A DNA stretch of 64,000 nucleotides, from assembly GCA_026129095.1 (NCBI GenBank), contig JAHCIT010000006.1, positions 190,235-254,234 of the forward strand, in the 5' to 3' direction. Below are positions 62,021 to 64,000 of this stretch, piece after piece. Both the position numbers and the translations under genes were made by a program. Position 1 is the stretch's first letter. Each line of letters starts with the position of its first letter. Under the pieces are notes generated by a model. It did no database searches, was not told where the DNA came from, and saw only the letters and a program-made list of their open reading frames with translations. The stretch comes from Deltaproteobacteria bacterium (GTDB lineage Bacteria > JAGRBM01 > JAHCIT01).

Positions 62021-62653
62021 CTACTCTCCTCCAATTCCGAAAGCAGCCTGGATGCCGGTCATTACAAACTGCACGCCGATGCAGATGATGATGAACCCCA
62101 TGAGGCGGCTGACGACCTCCTGACCGACCTTGCCAATGTATTCTGCCACAATGGGTGCTGCACGGAGCGTGAGGTAACTGACCAGGGCAGAGAGTACGAT
62201 GGATGCCGACAGGGCCAGATATTCGACGACCCCCGTCGTGCTGACGGCGAGCGACATGGTAACGGCGATGGAACCCGGCCCTGACAGCATCGGCATGGCA
62301 AGCGGGGTGAACGAGATGTCCTCCTTCCGCATGGCGGCCTCAGCCGTCTTCTCGGCGATCGGGGCCTGGCTATTCAACTGGTTCCAGCCGGCTTTCAGCA
62401 CCAGCAGGCCACCCGCGATCCGCATGGCATGGATCGACAGGCCGAACAGCTTGAAGATATAGACGCCACCATAAAGGAACAGGCCCAGGATAAACACCAT
62501 GTAGAAGGCCGCCCGCCGCGCCTGTCCGGCCCGGTGCTCATCGGTATCGCCGGCCGTCATGGCAAGAAACACTGGCACTGCCGACACCGGATTGATGATC
62601 GGCAGCAATGCCAGAAGCCCGACGCCCATTACCTGGAAAAACGACTGTATCAT
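62021..62653 (-). CDS. MarC family membrane protein
   Basis: IINP..AVP.F, IAGGLL, PLAMPMLSGPGSI, RLMG. Confidence 0.92.
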   Translation of the reverse strand: MIQSFFQVMGVGLLALLPIINPVSAVPVFLAMTAGDTDEHRAGQARRAAFYMVFILGLFLYGGVYIFKLFGLSIHAMRIAGGLLVLKAGWNQLNSQAPIAEKTAEAAMRKEDISFTPLAMPMLSGPGSIAVTMSLAVSTTGVVEYLALSASIVLSALVSYLTLRAAPIVAEYIGKVGQEVVSRLMGFIIICIGVQFVMTGIQAAFGIGGE

Positions 62654-62677
62654 TCTTCTGGAAAATCCGGCGGCCTC

Positions 62678-63025
62678 TCAGGCCATCCCCTGCGCCTTGT
62701 AGAGCCGGGGGAAATCCATGCGGTATTTTTCCACCGGCCTGCCATTTTTCAGGTGCGACTCGACGATCTCTGGCACCTGCCCCGCCGTCAGGCGGCCGTA
62801 CCAGACCCCTTCCGGGTAAATCACGGCCGAGACACCCTCCTCGCAGGTCTCCAGGCATCCGGACTTCTGGGCCCGGACCATGGCCACGAGACCGGCTTTT
62901 GCCACCTCTTCCTTGAACCTCGCCAGCACCTCGGCCGCCCCGCGCGAGGCACAGCACCCACGGCGGTGTCCTGCCTCCCGTTCGTTCATACAGACAAACA
63001 CGTGATACTGGTAAGGGGCTGGCAT
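62678..63025 (-). CDS. Thioredoxin-like [2Fe-2S] ferredoxin
   Basis: HVFVC.N.R...GCC, SGCL..C..G, YPEGVWY, H...GRPVE. Confidence 0.9.
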   Translation of the reverse strand: MPAPYQYHVFVCMNEREAGHRRGCCASRGAAEVLARFKEEVAKAGLVAMVRAQKSGCLETCEEGVSAVIYPEGVWYGRLTAGQVPEIVESHLKNGRPVEKYRMDFPRLYKAQGMA

Positions 63026-63127
63026 GCCTGGACTCCCGTTCCGCTTCATTGCGTTTGCATCGCCCCGGGTCAAGGCCAATGCCTTGACCTCCTGCAGCCC
63101 CTCTGGCGATGATAACGCCGTCAGGCA

Positions 63128-64000
63128 ATGGAACCTTCACCGGACACCACCCGGCTGGAAGCGGAACTCCGCCGCAAGCAGCATGTCATCGATTCGATGC
63201 GCGAGATCGGCCGTGCCCTTTCGTCCACGCTCTCCACCAACACACTGCTTGCCCTCATCATGGACCGGACAATCAGCCTCATGGACGCCGATCGCTCGAC
63301 CCTGTTCGTCGTTGACCATGCGAAGAAGGAACTCTGGTCGCTCATCGCCCAGGGCGAGAACGTAAAGGAAATCCGCCTTCCCATCGGGAAAGGGATCGCC
63401 GGTTACGTTGCCGCCACGGGCGAGACGATCAACATCCCCGATGCCTACCAGGATGCCCGTTTCAATCCCGAAGTAGACCGGCAGACCGGCTATCGCACAC
63501 GCAACATCCTGTGCATGCCGCTCAGGGACCACAACGAAAACGTGATGGCGGTGCTCCAGGTGCTGAACAAGCGTACAGGCCCCTTCACTCGTGAGGACGA
63601 GGAGCTTCTCGACGCCCTTGGATTTCAGGCATCCATAAGCCTCCAGAACTCCCGGCTCTATGCGGATCTCGAAGTCCGGAACGCGGAACTCAGGCAGACC
63701 CACGCCGGCCTCCAGCAGAAGATGGCCGAGCTGGACATGCTGTTTGAGCTGGAACGGATGATTTCCAGCGCCGCCAGTCTCGAAACCCTGCTCGACTCGG
63801 TGATGGAACGCACCACCCGGTTTGTCGGAGGTCAGGCAGGAAGCATCCTGCTGATCGAGGAAGACACCAACAACCTGTTCTTCAAGACGGCCCTGGGAGA
63901 CAAGGCAGCCGAGGTAAAGAAGTTCAAGGTCCCGGTCGGTGAAGGCATCGCCGGCTGGGTCGCCAAGAACGGGGAGCCGCTCCTCGTTTCGGATGCCTAT
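63128..64000 (+). CDS. Tandem GAF-domain sensor protein (partial, runs off the window)
   Basis: Not in the ORF track; translates as MEPSPDTT...ADRSTLF...GIAGYVA.TGE..NI.DAY.D.RFN.EVD..TGY.TRNILC.P...LNK...F...DE, then a second GAF begins. Confidence 0.88.
   Translation, partial: MEPSPDTTRLEAELRRKQHVIDSMREIGRALSSTLSTNTLLALIMDRTISLMDADRSTLFVVDHAKKELWSLIAQGENVKEIRLPIGKGIAGYVAATGETINIPDAYQDARFNPEVDRQTGYRTRNILCMPLRDHNENVMAVLQVLNKRTGPFTREDEELLDALGFQASISLQNSRLYADLEVRNAELRQTHAGLQQKMAELDMLFELERMISSAASLETLLDSVMERTTRFVGGQAGSILLIEEDTNNLFFKTALGDKAAEVKKFKVPVGEGIAGWVAKNGEPLLVSDAY

Overview
GC-rich bacterial chromosomal window with no tRNA, rRNA, CRISPR or mobile element that I could recognise. Gene content (pilMNOPQ preceded by a small XRE gene, an AgmX/PglI-type TonB-C protein, zinc-finger ParA, tandem-GAF sensor) suggests a deltaproteobacteria/Myxococcota-like organism (inference). 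Housekeeping blocks: recG, purB-C-S-Q-L-F-pyrE, pilM-N-O-P-Q, uvrA, tolQ-R-A-B-pal, ftsB, bolA-grxD. Accessory blocks: a MarR-led putative catabolic operon (AhpD/CMD-like, ornithine cyclodeaminase-like, gentisate-dioxygenase-like bicupin, DapA-like aldolase), a TetR-TolC-MFP-ABC efflux operon, three related GT-C-like membrane proteins and a lipid/isoprenoid-type operon. Most notable: (1) an intact aminotransferase-fold protein that has lost the PLP lysine and most cofactor residues but carries Arg-rich disordered tails and is translationally coupled to hpnE; (2) an orphan ParA with two N-terminal Cys4 fingers plus a ribbon-helix-helix partner; (3) a stand-alone GlnD-type ACT protein behind a sigma54-type promoter; (4) a 271-bp identical tract between otherwise diverged tandem paralogs; (5) purQ apparently starting at CTG. 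All product calls come from motif recognition by eye, not database searches.
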